From: Gemmatimonadota bacterium
GTDB lineage: Bacteria > Gemmatimonadota > Gemmatimonadetes > Longimicrobiales > Gaopeijiaceae
Assembly (NCBI GenBank): GCA_034521595.1
Contig: JAXHMG010000003.1
Location: 2,464,001 to 2,528,000, forward strand
Length of the DNA stretch: 64,000 nt
Direction: 5' to 3'
Shown: piece after piece, positions 27,960 through 36,329 of the stretch
Layout: each line of letters starts with the position of its first letter
Position numbering within the stretch: the first letter of the stretch is position 1
Notes under the pieces: generated by a model
Told to the model about the DNA's origin: nothing
Seen by the model: only the letters and a program-made list of their open reading frames with translations
Databases searched by the model: none
Program-made: the position numbers and the translations under genes

Positions 27960-29390
27960 TCACCGACTCCCTCGGACCTCGCTCGAGCGTGCCGGAGCAC
28001 CGAGGCCGTACCTAGACTCCACCTCGTCGATCGTGGCTTGGAGCAATGCCTCGATGAGGAACGGGTTGTGCACCGCCGCCCCAGGCGAGCGCGCGAGCTC
28101 GAGGTTGAACTGCGCCCCTTCACCCACCGTGTACCGGTCGTCCGTCTCGTCGAACTCGCTTTCGGGGATCTGAGCGATGAGGGATTCGAGATCGTCGGCG
28201 TCGCCGGCGATCCGGTTCTCTGCATTGATTTGCAGGTTACGGGCAACGTCCGCGGACCCGTGGCAACCCGAAGCCGTGCACCCCTGGTAGGAGCGTTCCT
28301 CCGGCTGACATCCGTCCGCGCCGGTGGGGATGCCGTCCGCGTCCACGCATGGCGTCGCCTCGAACGAGTGCCCCGTCGACTGGAAGACGAGCTCCTCCGT
28401 GTCCTGGTCGACGATCTCGAACGACTGCACGTGACACGACGCGCAGAGGCCCGGGTTCGCTTCCGGAGTCCCGTGCGTGCCGACGAGGCGCCCGCCCGGG
28501 AAGCTCATATCGGACGGCCACCATCCGGCCACGCCGAGCAGCGTGGGGCCCTCCGGAGCATGCGGGCCCCGGAACGTGGTGGGATCGGGGGTCCCGCGCT
28601 TGTTGTGGCACATCATGCAAAGGTTCTGATCTTCGTTCGGCACGTTCGTGGCGAACCTGAGCTGCGCCGGGTTGTCCGAGCCGTGAGGATCGTGACAGAC
28701 CGCGCAGGTGATCGAAAGGTGCTCACCGTCTTCTGCGACGTCGTCCTGTTCGAGGTACGTGGTGTTCACCCCGAACATCTCGAGGGCACCCTCGCCCGTG
28801 TGGCAACTGGAACAATCCGCTCTACCGGCCGGATAGGAGTTGAACTGTCCGTGGCCGGATTCCGACCATTCGTCGGCGAACGGATGGTGCGCGCCCTGAT
28901 GGCACTCGGCGCAGCCACTGGTGAGATCCAATCCCACGTCCATGGGAGCGGAGGGGACCGTGGCATCGTTCGGGTCCTCGACGTGAGCGAGCCCTGGGCC
29001 GTGACACGCCTCACACTGAACGTCCTCGTAGCGCGCTTCACCGGTCGCTGCGTGTCCCATCGTGCCCGTGGTCACGTTCCCCAGCTCGCCCACCGTGTGG
29101 CAGCCTTCGCAAAAGCCCTGGGCGTGCCCGCTGTCCTGCAGGCCATCCCAGGCCGACGCGTGGGCGGTTTCGACCCAGTCCTGCTGCGTGCCGATGTGGC
29201 AGTTGCCGCAGACCGTGAGCTTGTCATCGCTGTCGCTGTAGCCGAGAAAGGACCCGGCGGCGTCGAGCGGATCTTCGAACAGCTCACGGTCCCGGAAGAC
29301 CACTTGCTCGTCGACGCAAGCGGCGGTCGCGACGAGGGAGCCGGCAACGATGCTCAACAAGGCCACGCGCATGATTCGAGTCGGCATCAT
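27960..29390 (-). CDS. 9-heme c-type cytochrome lipoprotein
   Basis: Lipobox TAAC; 8 CxxCH + CTASGCH; helical C-terminus with AVHNPFLIEALL. Confidence 0.9.
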   Translation of the reverse strand: MMPTRIMRVALLSIVAGSLVATAACVDEQVVFRDRELFEDPLDAAGSFLGYSDSDDKLTVCGNCHIGTQQDWVETAHASAWDGLQDSGHAQGFCEGCHTVGELGNVTTGTMGHAATGEARYEDVQCEACHGPGLAHVEDPNDATVPSAPMDVGLDLTSGCAECHQGAHHPFADEWSESGHGQFNSYPAGRADCSSCHTGEGALEMFGVNTTYLEQDDVAEDGEHLSITCAVCHDPHGSDNPAQLRFATNVPNEDQNLCMMCHNKRGTPDPTTFRGPHAPEGPTLLGVAGWWPSDMSFPGGRLVGTHGTPEANPGLCASCHVQSFEIVDQDTEELVFQSTGHSFEATPCVDADGIPTGADGCQPEERSYQGCTASGCHGSADVARNLQINAENRIAGDADDLESLIAQIPESEFDETDDRYTVGEGAQFNLELARSPGAAVHNPFLIEALLQATIDEVESRYGLGAPARSSEVRGSR

Positions 29391-29671
29391 CCGGCTCCAC
29401 TCCTTCGGCTGCGGTCAGGTGGCGGTTGGCACGGGTTCCCGTGCCACGACGTGGCGTCGGCAGCCCGGCGGCGTCCGAAGCCTCCGGGATTTCCCTGATT
29501 CGACCGGGGGGAGGGTGTCCGTGATCTTACGGACCCGGCACACACTATGTTGGCACGGCGGGAGGCACGGCCGCAAGGGCCACGCCCGTTCGCATGGAGC
29601 ACGGCCCGAGCCGGGCGGCGCGATTTACCAGCTAAACCGCGCCGTCCCTGCTCGAACGGAGCGTCGGCCGC

Positions 29672-30856
29672 CTAAAAGGCGCTTAGGCCCGTGACGGCCT
29701 GACCGAGGATCAGCGAGTGGATGTCGTGCGTCCCTTCATACGTGTAGACGGACTCGAGGTTGGCCATGTGCCGCATCGAATGGTACTCGACGAGGATGCC
29801 GTTCCCTCCGAGCAGTCGTCGTGCCTCGCGCGCCACATCCGTGGCCATGTCGCAGTTCGCCCGTTTCGCCAGGGACACCTGCTGAGGCGTCATCGTGCCG
29901 TCGTCCTTCATCCGGCCGAGGCGGTAAGACAGGAGCTGACCTTGCGTGATGCTCGTGAGCATGTCGGCCAGGCGAACCTGCTGGATCTGCTTTCCGCCGA
30001 TGGGCGTGTCGAACATGACCCGCTCCTTCGCGTAGGACCGGGCCTCGTCGAAGCAGGCCATGGCCGCGCCGACGACCCCCCAGGCGATCCCGTAACGCGC
30101 CTGTGTCAGACACATCAGTGGGTGCTTGAGTCCTCGCGTGCTTTCGGGCATGAGAGCGTCGTCCGGCACCTCCACGTCCTCGAGCACGAGCTCGCTCGTG
30201 TCGGAGGCCAGAAGGGACAGCTTTCCCTTCTGGTCGCGTGCGCTGAATCCCGGGGTGTCGGTGGGCACCACGAAGCCCCGGATACCTTTCGGATCCCCGA
30301 GCTCACCGGTCTGCGCCCAGACCACGGCCACGTCCGCCATGGACCCGTTCGTGATCCACATCTTGGCCCCGTTGAGCACCCACCCGTCCGACGTCTTCTT
30401 GGCCGTCGTGACCATCCCCGACGGGTTGGAGCCGTAGTCGGGCTCCGTGAGCCCGAAGCACCCTACGGCCTCACCGGTGGCGAGCTTCGGCAACCAGGTG
30501 GTGCGATGCTCCTCGCTTCCGAACGCGAAGATCGGGTACATGACCAGCGCGCCCTGAACCGAAACGAACGAACGGATCCCCGAGTCGCCCCGCTCGAGCT
30601 CCTGCATGATGAGCCCGTAGGCCACGTTGTTCAGCCCCGCGCATCCATACTTCTCGGGCAGGTTCGCCCCGAGGACGCCCAGCTCCCCGAGCTCGGGAAT
30701 CAGCTCCTTCGGAAAACGCCGTTCCGTGTATGCCTCTCCGATGATCGGCATGAGCCGGTCGTCGACCCAGGAGCGGACGGTATCCCGCACCATGCGCTCT
30801 TCGTCGGAGAGCAGGGAGTCGATGTCGTAAAAGTCGATACCTTCGAAGCGCGCCAT
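29672..30856 (-). CDS. gcdH: Acyl-CoA dehydrogenase, glutaryl-CoA dehydrogenase-like
   Basis: ELERGDSG, GCFGLTEPDYGS, LNGAKMWITN and NLESVYTYEGTHDIH. Confidence 0.82.
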   Translation of the reverse strand: MARFEGIDFYDIDSLLSDEERMVRDTVRSWVDDRLMPIIGEAYTERRFPKELIPELGELGVLGANLPEKYGCAGLNNVAYGLIMQELERGDSGIRSFVSVQGALVMYPIFAFGSEEHRTTWLPKLATGEAVGCFGLTEPDYGSNPSGMVTTAKKTSDGWVLNGAKMWITNGSMADVAVVWAQTGELGDPKGIRGFVVPTDTPGFSARDQKGKLSLLASDTSELVLEDVEVPDDALMPESTRGLKHPLMCLTQARYGIAWGVVGAAMACFDEARSYAKERVMFDTPIGGKQIQQVRLADMLTSITQGQLLSYRLGRMKDDGTMTPQQVSLAKRANCDMATDVAREARRLLGGNGILVEYHSMRHMANLESVYTYEGTHDIHSLILGQAVTGLSAF

Positions 30857-31018
30857 CTCAGAACCTTCCGCGTCCAGTGAATCAATCGAGTGCGACCGTC
30901 GTCATACGAGTGACGTTCAAGATAACTCGGCGCCGCTCTCGAGCGACCCCGAGCCCCCTGGTCCAGCCGCGGCAGCGGGCCGGCGGCCGCAGACGCTTCC
31001 GTCCGCCGGCCCCGAGCC

Positions 31019-31396
31019 TCAGGCCGGGTGATCCGTGGGAGGCGCATCGGGGGGCTTCGCCTCGACGGCCCGTCGGTTCCTGAAGCGCATCACACCGTAC
31101 GCGAACTCCCGCGCGACCTTCTGACCGAGCCAGATCGCCGCGGCCACGGTTCCGATCCAGGCGCCGAGGAGCATGCGGGTGGCTCCGACTCCGAGCCAGA
31201 TGTAGAGGGCGATCGCCGCGCCGAAGAGCACACCACCCAACCACCCCCACCACCCCGCCCGGTTACGGGCGTCCCGGCGGCACTCCTCGCACCAGAGAAG
31301 CCGGTCGAGGTGCATCACGTCGTAAACCTCGAGGCATCGGACGCACGTCACCTCCTCGGGGTATCGATCACGCCAGGTGGGTGGATCGGAGGCCAT
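31019..31396 (-). CDS. Small membrane protein with CxxC...CxxC and two TM helices
   Basis: ATG 8 bp after the upstream stop; CVRC-x14-CEEC followed by two hydrophobic helices. Confidence 0.7.
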   Translation of the reverse strand: MASDPPTWRDRYPEEVTCVRCLEVYDVMHLDRLLWCEECRRDARNRAGWWGWLGGVLFGAAIALYIWLGVGATRMLLGAWIGTVAAAIWLGQKVAREFAYGVMRFRNRRAVEAKPPDAPPTDHPA

Positions 31397-31404
31397 GACG
31401 CCCG

Positions 31405-32424
31405 TCAGCTCCCTTCCATGGCTTCGAGCAGCGCGTCGGTGTAGGCCACGGTGCCCGCCGAGCCGCCCATATCCCTGGTGCGTGGCCCACCGTCCCGCAC
31501 CACGGTGTCGACGGCCGCCCGGATACGCTTCGCCGCGTCCCACTCCTCCAAGTGCTCGAGCATGAGACAGGCCGAAAGCAGGAGTCCTGTGGGATTGGCC
31601 ACGCCCTGCCCGGCGATGTCGGGTGCGCTCCCGTGCACGGCTTCGAACATGGCGGCGTCCTTCCCGATGTTCCCGGCGGGAGCGAAGCCCAATCCGCCGA
31701 TCAGGCCGGCCATTAGATCGGACAGGATGTCGCCGAACATGTTCTCCATGACCAGGACGTCGAACTGGTACGGGTCGAGCACGAGCTGCATCGCCGTGGC
31801 GTCGATGATGCGGTCTTCCCACTCGATATCCGGGTACTCCTTCGCCACCTCGGCCGCGACTTCCAGGAACAACCCCTGGGTATACTTCAGGATGTTGGCC
31901 TTATGAGCCAACGTCACCTTCTTCCGGCCGTGCGCGCGGGCATAATCGAATGCGTAACGACACACGCGCTCGGCTCCGAAGCGCGTAACGATCATCACCG
32001 ACTCGGCCGCCGCGCGGCTGTCGCCGTGCATCCCGATGTAGTGCTCGACCCCCACGTACAAGCCCTCGGTGTTCTCTCGAATGAGCACGAGGTCGATGTC
32101 GTCATAGCGCCCACCCGGCACGATGGTGCGCACCGGCCGCACGTTCGCGTAGAGGTCGAACGCCTTGCGGAGCTGCACGTTGATGGAACGGAAGCCGCGT
32201 CCCGAAGGTGTGGTCAACGGCCCCTTCAAGAGCACCCGCGTTCGTTCGAACGAGTCGAGCGTCTCCTGCGGGAGGGGGTCATGGACTTCCTCCAGCGCCG
32301 TGACACCCGCGAGCTGCATATCGAAGTCGAGATCGACCCCGGCTCCACGCAGCACTCGCAGGGTGGCATCGGTGACCTCGGGGCCGATCCCGTCTCCGGG
32401 CACGACTGTGATCGTCTTGGACAT
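31405..32424 (-). CDS. Isocitrate/isopropylmalate dehydrogenase family (NAD-IDH-like)
   Basis: PGDGIGPEV, RENTEG, HKANI, NMFGDILSD and FEAVHGSAPDIAG. Confidence 0.9.
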   Translation of the reverse strand: MSKTITVVPGDGIGPEVTDATLRVLRGAGVDLDFDMQLAGVTALEEVHDPLPQETLDSFERTRVLLKGPLTTPSGRGFRSINVQLRKAFDLYANVRPVRTIVPGGRYDDIDLVLIRENTEGLYVGVEHYIGMHGDSRAAAESVMIVTRFGAERVCRYAFDYARAHGRKKVTLAHKANILKYTQGLFLEVAAEVAKEYPDIEWEDRIIDATAMQLVLDPYQFDVLVMENMFGDILSDLMAGLIGGLGFAPAGNIGKDAAMFEAVHGSAPDIAGQGVANPTGLLLSACLMLEHLEEWDAAKRIRAAVDTVVRDGGPRTRDMGGSAGTVAYTDALLEAMEGS

Positions 32425-32489
32425 GGTTCGTGAGTTGTGGGTGAAGCCGGACCGCGCGTCCGGCGGGTGGAATGGTTCACACGGCGGGA

Positions 32490-33122
32490 TCAGCTAGAAT
32501 CCTCGTCGCCAACGTACCAGAGCAGCGTCCGGGACACTTCGTCAACCGCCGACGCGAGCAGTCGGGGATCGTCGGTCGGATGGGGTTCGCCCTCGAGGAC
32601 GGCGAACCATGCCACCCGCCCGCTGCGTGTGTCGATGAGCGTGACCGTGAGTCTCACCCGCGGATGTTGCTCGTCCGGATTTTGGACGAGCTCGGCGCGG
32701 ATGGGCAGCACGGCCGCCTGCGCGTCCACGAGCGCGGAGAGCCGGTAGAGCTCGCCGAACAGAGGATCGCCCACCCGGAGCACCTCGGCGGAGAGGAACT
32801 GACCCACGGCCAGCCCGCGGGTGCGCGCGTCCAGACTCGGCGAGCGCGCCAGGGCCCGATCCAGATCCTCCGGTGGCACCCACGTGACGTCGGTCGCGCG
32901 CGACCTCAGGCCGAACAGGAGCTCGGCGTCGGGATTCCCGGGCACGCCCATCACCTGTTGGATCGGGAGGAGCATGACCGTGCTTCCCCGCAAATCCGGC
33001 GGCACGCCCTGCGACGAGCCGGGCTCGGGTGGCGGCGCCGTCCGGGAGCCGCAGCCGACCAGCGCGACGAGCAATGTCAACGTCAGGGAAAGCACGCGCC
33101 ATCTGTCACCATGCCGTTCCAA
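32490..33122 (-). CDS. Hypothetical lipoprotein
   Basis: TTG start 8 bp after GGAGGAG; lipobox LVGC; alpha/beta fold ending LTVTLIDTRSGRVAW (CsgG/LpoB-like pattern, tentative). Confidence 0.65.
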   Translation of the reverse strand: MERHGDRWRVLSLTLTLLVALVGCGSRTAPPPEPGSSQGVPPDLRGSTVMLLPIQQVMGVPGNPDAELLFGLRSRATDVTWVPPEDLDRALARSPSLDARTRGLAVGQFLSAEVLRVGDPLFGELYRLSALVDAQAAVLPIRAELVQNPDEQHPRVRLTVTLIDTRSGRVAWFAVLEGEPHPTDDPRLLASAVDEVSRTLLWYVGDEDSS

Positions 33123-33382
33123 CCGCGAATCTCCTCCGAGATGATTCCGGCCACGCCTGAGCGCCGGTGTCGTGTACGGGGAACAGCCCAGGGCGGACAT
33201 CCGGTGGTCGTCGCTGGCAGCGCACCGGGGCGGGCTCCCACGATAAAGTAGGCGTCCACGAGCACGGGTTGAACCTCTCGCTCGATACCCATTGACATCC
33301 GAGCGCGAGGGTGACCGATTGGCCGATCCTTCGCTCGGATGCCGACATCCGGGCCGACACCCGAACAATCGGAGTACGGGGA

Positions 33383-33766
33383 ATGAGTGATGCCACCGTC
33401 CGGCACGAAAAGTGGGACGAGATCGAGCGTGAGGAGGTCACGGATTCGATCGCCCGCCGACTGTTCACCGGCGAGCGGATGATGCTGGCCCAGGTCTACC
33501 TGGACAAGGGAGCGATCGTGCCGAGACACAGCCACGAGAACGAACAACTCACGTGGATCGTGGAAGGCGCTCTCCGGTTCTGGATCGGTGAAGAAGGGTC
33601 GGAGGATTTCCGGGAGCTCGTCGTCTCCGCGGGCGAGGTCCTGTTCATCCCGTCGAACGTCCTCCACAAGGCCGAGGCGCTCGAGGACACGTTCGACGTC
33701 GACGTGTTCAGCCCTCCGCGCCAGGATTGGCTCGACGGCACGGACAGCTACTTCAACCGCACGTAA
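33383..33766 (+). CDS. Cupin domain protein
   Basis: PRHSHENEQ and IPSNVLH motifs; ends DVFSPPRQDW. Confidence 0.85.
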   Translation: MSDATVRHEKWDEIEREEVTDSIARRLFTGERMMLAQVYLDKGAIVPRHSHENEQLTWIVEGALRFWIGEEGSEDFRELVVSAGEVLFIPSNVLHKAEALEDTFDVDVFSPPRQDWLDGTDSYFNRT

Positions 33767-33779
33767 GGCGATCTGACCC

Positions 33780-34571
33780 ATGGATCTGGGAATCGAGGGA
33801 CGCGTGGCCGTCGTGTGCGGCTCCAGCCAGGGACTCGGGCGTGCGGTCGCGCGGACCTTGGCCGAGGAAGGCGCGAAGGTCGTGGTGAACTCACGTTCCG
33901 CGGACAAGCTGGACGCCACGCGGAAGGCCATCGCCGAGTCCACCGGAGCGGAAGTGGAAGCGATTCCGGCCGACCTCACCCAACCGGATGCGGTGCGCGC
34001 GCTGATCGACGGGGCGGAGCGGGCGTTCGGTCGGGTCGACATTCTCGTGACGAACACGGGAGGACCGCCCTCGGGTCCCTTCGAGGAGCATTCGGAAGAG
34101 GTCTGGAAGGCGGCGATCGCGAACAACTTCGAGAGCGTCGTGAATCTGGTCCGCGAGGGGCTTCCCGGCATGAAGGAACGCGGGTGGGGACGCATCCTCA
34201 ACGTCACGTCCATCTCGGTGAAGCAGCCCGTGGCCGGTCTCATCCTCTCGAACTCGCTGCGTGCCGGTGTGACCGGGTTCGCCCGCACCATCGCGAACGA
34301 AGCCGCGCCGTTCGGCGTGACGGTGAACAACATCCTCCCGGGATTCACCCGCACGGAACGGCTCGTGAACCTCGCCGAGGCCGTCTCGAGCCGGGAGGGA
34401 GGAACGATCGAGGACGCCTACGACGCCTGGGAATCCCAGATTCCGATGGGACGTGTGGGTGAGCCCGAAGAGTTCGCGGCGTTGGCCGCATTCCTGTGCT
34501 CCGAGAGAGCCTCCTATATCACCGGACAGTCGGTCGCCGTCGACGGCGGCTGGATCAAGGGACTGATCTAA
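33780..34571 (+). CDS. Short-chain dehydrogenase/reductase
   Basis: [19 protein letters not shown] and [12 protein letters not shown]. Confidence 0.9.
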   Translation: MDLGIEGRVAVVCGSSQGLGRAVARTLAEEGAKVVVNSRSADKLDATRKAIAESTGAEVEAIPADLTQPDAVRALIDGAERAFGRVDILVTNTGGPPSGPFEEHSEEVWKAAIANNFESVVNLVREGLPGMKERGWGRILNVTSISVKQPVAGLILSNSLRAGVTGFARTIANEAAPFGVTVNNILPGFTRTERLVNLAEAVSSREGGTIEDAYDAWESQIPMGRVGEPEEFAALAAFLCSERASYITGQSVAVDGGWIKGLI

Positions 34572-35503
34572 TGGGTGCTGTGACCTTCCAAGAATCGGAG
34601 TGGATCTGGAAAGACGGCGAGCTCATCCCGTGGCGGGACGCCAAGCTCCACATCTTCTCGACCGCCGTGCAGTTCGGCACCTCGGTCTTCGAGGGGATGC
34701 GCGCGTACGAAACGGAACGGGGCCCCGCGATCTTCCGCCTGGATGCCCACATCCGGAGGCTCTACGACTCCGCGAAGATCTTCCGCATGACGCCCGACAT
34801 CGCCGCGGAGGACGTGCGAAAAGCCAGCATGCGGGTGATCGCGGAGAACGGCCTGGAGAGTGCCTACATCCGCCCCATGGTGCTCCGCGGATACGGTGCT
34901 CCCGGAATCAACCCGTTCGGCAGCCCGATCGAGGTCTACGTGGGCGCCTGGGCATGGGGAACGTACCTGGGTCCGGAAGCCCTCGAGAAAGGGATCGACG
35001 TGTGCGTCTCCTCCTGGCAGCGCGCCCTGCCGAACACGTATCCGCAACGCGCCAAGGCCGGAGGCCACTACGTGAACGCGCAGCTCATGAAGATGGAAGC
35101 GCTCCAGAACGGCTACGCGGACGCGATCGCGCTCGGCCCCGGCGGCCTGGTGAGCGAAGGGAGCGGCATGAACCTCTTTCTGGTCCGGGACGGCGTCGTG
35201 ATCACCCCTTTCCTCGACGGCACCTCACTCGAGGGGATCACACGGAGCGCGATCCTCACCATGGCGCGGGACCTCGGTTTCGAGACGCGCGAGCAACAAG
35301 TGCCCCGGGAGAGCCTCTACACGGCCGACGAGCTCTTCTTCACCGGCACCGCCGCCGAGGTGACGCCCATTCGAAGCGTCGACGGCATCCAGATCGGACA
35401 GGGGAAAGCCGGCCCGGTGGCTCTGGCGCTACAGAAGCACTTCCTCGATACGGTGCACGGCAAGAACGACGACCCGCACGGCTGGCTGACCTACGTGGAG
35501 TGA
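34571..35503 (+). CDS. ilvE: Branched-chain amino acid aminotransferase
   Basis: VFEGMRAY, YIRP, AKAGGHY, EGSGMNLF, LEGITR and FTGTAAEVTP; TAATG overlap with the SDR. Confidence 0.92.
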   Translation: MGAVTFQESEWIWKDGELIPWRDAKLHIFSTAVQFGTSVFEGMRAYETERGPAIFRLDAHIRRLYDSAKIFRMTPDIAAEDVRKASMRVIAENGLESAYIRPMVLRGYGAPGINPFGSPIEVYVGAWAWGTYLGPEALEKGIDVCVSSWQRALPNTYPQRAKAGGHYVNAQLMKMEALQNGYADAIALGPGGLVSEGSGMNLFLVRDGVVITPFLDGTSLEGITRSAILTMARDLGFETREQQVPRESLYTADELFFTGTAAEVTPIRSVDGIQIGQGKAGPVALALQKHFLDTVHGKNDDPHGWLTYVE

Positions 35504-35540
35504 CCTCCGCCGCCCCGCCACTGGAGCGGACGGCTCCGGG

Positions 35541-36101
35541 CTACCAGTCGGGGCTCTCCTCGGCCTCCAGGTTCCGAAGCGCGTCGCGTAGCCGCTCCTG
35601 GTCCTTCTCGTCCAAATCGGCCGGATCGGAGATGGTCGCCGGCCGCTCCCGCTTGGTCGCCCCGTTGCGTATGAGCAGGCCGACCAACATCCCGATGCTG
35701 AGGATGCCGATGGCCGGAAGGAAGTAACCGACGAGGTTGAAGCCTTCCCGCGGCGGCGACATGAGCACGGACGTTCCGAAGTCCGAGACGAAGCTCGCCT
35801 GGATGGCTTCGACGCTTTCGCCTCGCTCCAGTGCCTCCCGGATACGGGTGGACCAGACCGGAGACGTGCCGCACTGCATCTGGAACTGACAGGAGTGCAC
35901 GTCCAAGCCACAACCGCAGCTGCACTTCAACGCGCTCTCGAGGACCATGAGCTTCTCGCCCACCTCACCCACGTGGTAGTGCCCGCCCGTGGGCGCATCC
36001 GGGTCGAAGCCGGGATGGGAAGGGCCGGTCGACTGGGCCTGCGCGGGAACGGAAAGAACCGCGAGCGCGGTCAATCCCGCCGCGAACGTCGAAAGCTTCA
36101 T
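35541..36101 (-). CDS. ccmH: CcmH/NrfF-like cytochrome c biogenesis protein (Cys-rich variant)
   Basis: Signal peptide; LKCSCGC; IREALERGES..FVSDFGTSVLMSPP..GFNL followed by a TM helix. Confidence 0.75.
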   Translation of the reverse strand: MKLSTFAAGLTALAVLSVPAQAQSTGPSHPGFDPDAPTGGHYHVGEVGEKLMVLESALKCSCGCGLDVHSCQFQMQCGTSPVWSTRIREALERGESVEAIQASFVSDFGTSVLMSPPREGFNLVGYFLPAIGILSIGMLVGLLIRNGATKRERPATISDPADLDEKDQERLRDALRNLEAEESPDW

Positions 36102-36329
36102 GGTTGGCTCAAGTCCTGAGTGGTCGATTCCATGCCGAACTTTTCGGTTCTCCGTAACCGAAAGGGGAGCCGACGTTCCGGTCGCGCCCCGGAGCACGCT
36201 TACACGGCGGCGGCGACGGGCCCCCTGCGACGCCGCGACGTCCGAAACGATTGCCCCGAACGCTCGCACGGGTTACTTAATGGCCTCCCCGAACCGATAT
36301 CCGAAACCGTTACGACACTGGGACGCGAC

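Noticed and set aside
27960-29390. Calling the lipoprotein NrfA, paired with an NrfH-like neighbour
   Set aside because: It has nine heme motifs and no CxxCK, whereas NrfA is pentaheme. The adjacent barrel gene favours a conduit.
29427-29560. Sigma54 promoter suggested by TGGCAC
   Set aside because: No TTGC -12 element at the required spacing on either strand.
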